From assembly GCA_964016885.1 (NCBI GenBank), contig OZ024757.1, positions 32,860,001 to 32,924,000 on the forward strand: a stretch of DNA of 64,000 nucleotides. The letters run 5' to 3'. Below the pieces are notes generated by a model. The model searched no databases and was not told where the DNA came from. It worked only from the letters and a program-made list of their open reading frames with translations. The translations under genes and the position numbers were made by a program. Below, piece after piece: positions 63,086-64,000 of this stretch (its first letter is position 1; each line of letters begins with the position of its first letter). This stretch comes from Eledone cirrhosa. Lineage: Eukaryota.

Positions 63086-64000
63086 TATACTCTCCCTCAC
63101 ACACACATATGTATCTAATCTCTCTTTCTCTTTTGACTAACATCCATTTTCTTACTTCTATTGTTTTTCTCCCCATACTCATACTTTTTCTACCCCTCAC
63201 CTCTACAACTTTGTAACAGTCACACTAAATAATAATGACACTAATCTCAGCTTTCCAATCTTCCAGATGAACCCCAAATTACTAAGGTCACTGTCCTCCC
63301 CCAACAAATTTAACCCTCTTGACACCAAACCATCCCTGGTTCTGTTATATAAAATGTATATTTTAAAGTGTTTATATTTATCTAAAAACCTTCATTTGGT
63401 GTTGTTGTTATATCATTAATTATTTTCTTAGCCGGTGGATTGGTAGTATCAGTAGAGAGTCGGACGCCATGCTTTGCAGCATAGAGTTACACCCTTTATG
63501 GTCTGAGTTCAAATCCCATCGAGGTTTACTTTGCCTTTCATCCTTACGGGGGTTGATAAAATGAAGTACCAGTAATACACTGGAGTAATTGATGGCCTTG
63601 TGCCAAAAGTAGAAACAATTAATTATTTTCTTAGCCCTTATCAAAGGCTGCTCCTTGCACTTATTAAGGGCCTTTCTTGCTTGTGTCTCCCAGGGTCAAC
63701 GAGGCCAGTATGTCTAAGGTAGACTGGATGCAGGAGTTGCCAAGGGTGTCAGCAATCCTGAACCTTAATGAAACAAACCTTCAAGTGTTTGTGTTACGTT
63801 AAAATGCTTCCAGTACGCTCTGTAAAATGGTTGATTGCCAAGCTGATCAGCCTTTGCTTTTCTGTTGGACAACTGTATATGTTGTGTATACATAGTGTAT
63901 ATAAGAGTTATGAATCACTGGTGCCAAGCTGTATCGTCCTTTGTCTTTCCTTTGGACAACATTGTATATGGAGTGTACATGGTGTATACGTAGTGTATAC

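Overview
This window is AT-rich, microsatellite-rich animal genomic DNA, not prokaryotic. The C2H2 zinc-finger cluster ('[11 protein letters not shown]' fingers) and the repeat content suggest an octopus-like cephalopod (inference). The left half holds three tandem minus-strand C2H2 ZNF genes: a 13-finger copy with two frameshifts, its intact 11-finger paralog, and a 26-finger gene built by internal block duplication. The right half holds the first 17 coding exons (about 669 codons, all GT-AG, frame continuous) of a BCAS3 ortholog on the + strand, which continues past the window end. The rest is a dense transposon landscape: a near full-length degenerate CR1-type LINE, RTE and Rex3-like LINE fragments, tRNA-derived SINEs, piggyBac/hAT/Tc1-mariner MITEs, an internally deleted mariner and a non-autonomous Helitron. 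The most notable observations are: (1) a 43 x 61-bp satellite born inside a CR1 3' end, with a 122-bp higher-order block; (2) a ~320-bp near-perfect palindrome plus a pre-miRNA-sized hairpin upstream of BCAS3; (3) a Helitron whose empty site is visible in the paralogous ZNF copy; (4) a TG...CA element with a 5-bp TSD that may supply a ZNF first exon; (5) minisatellite-like evolution of the ZNF array. No wholly new multi-gene system could be supported. All family assignments come from recalled motifs, not database searches.
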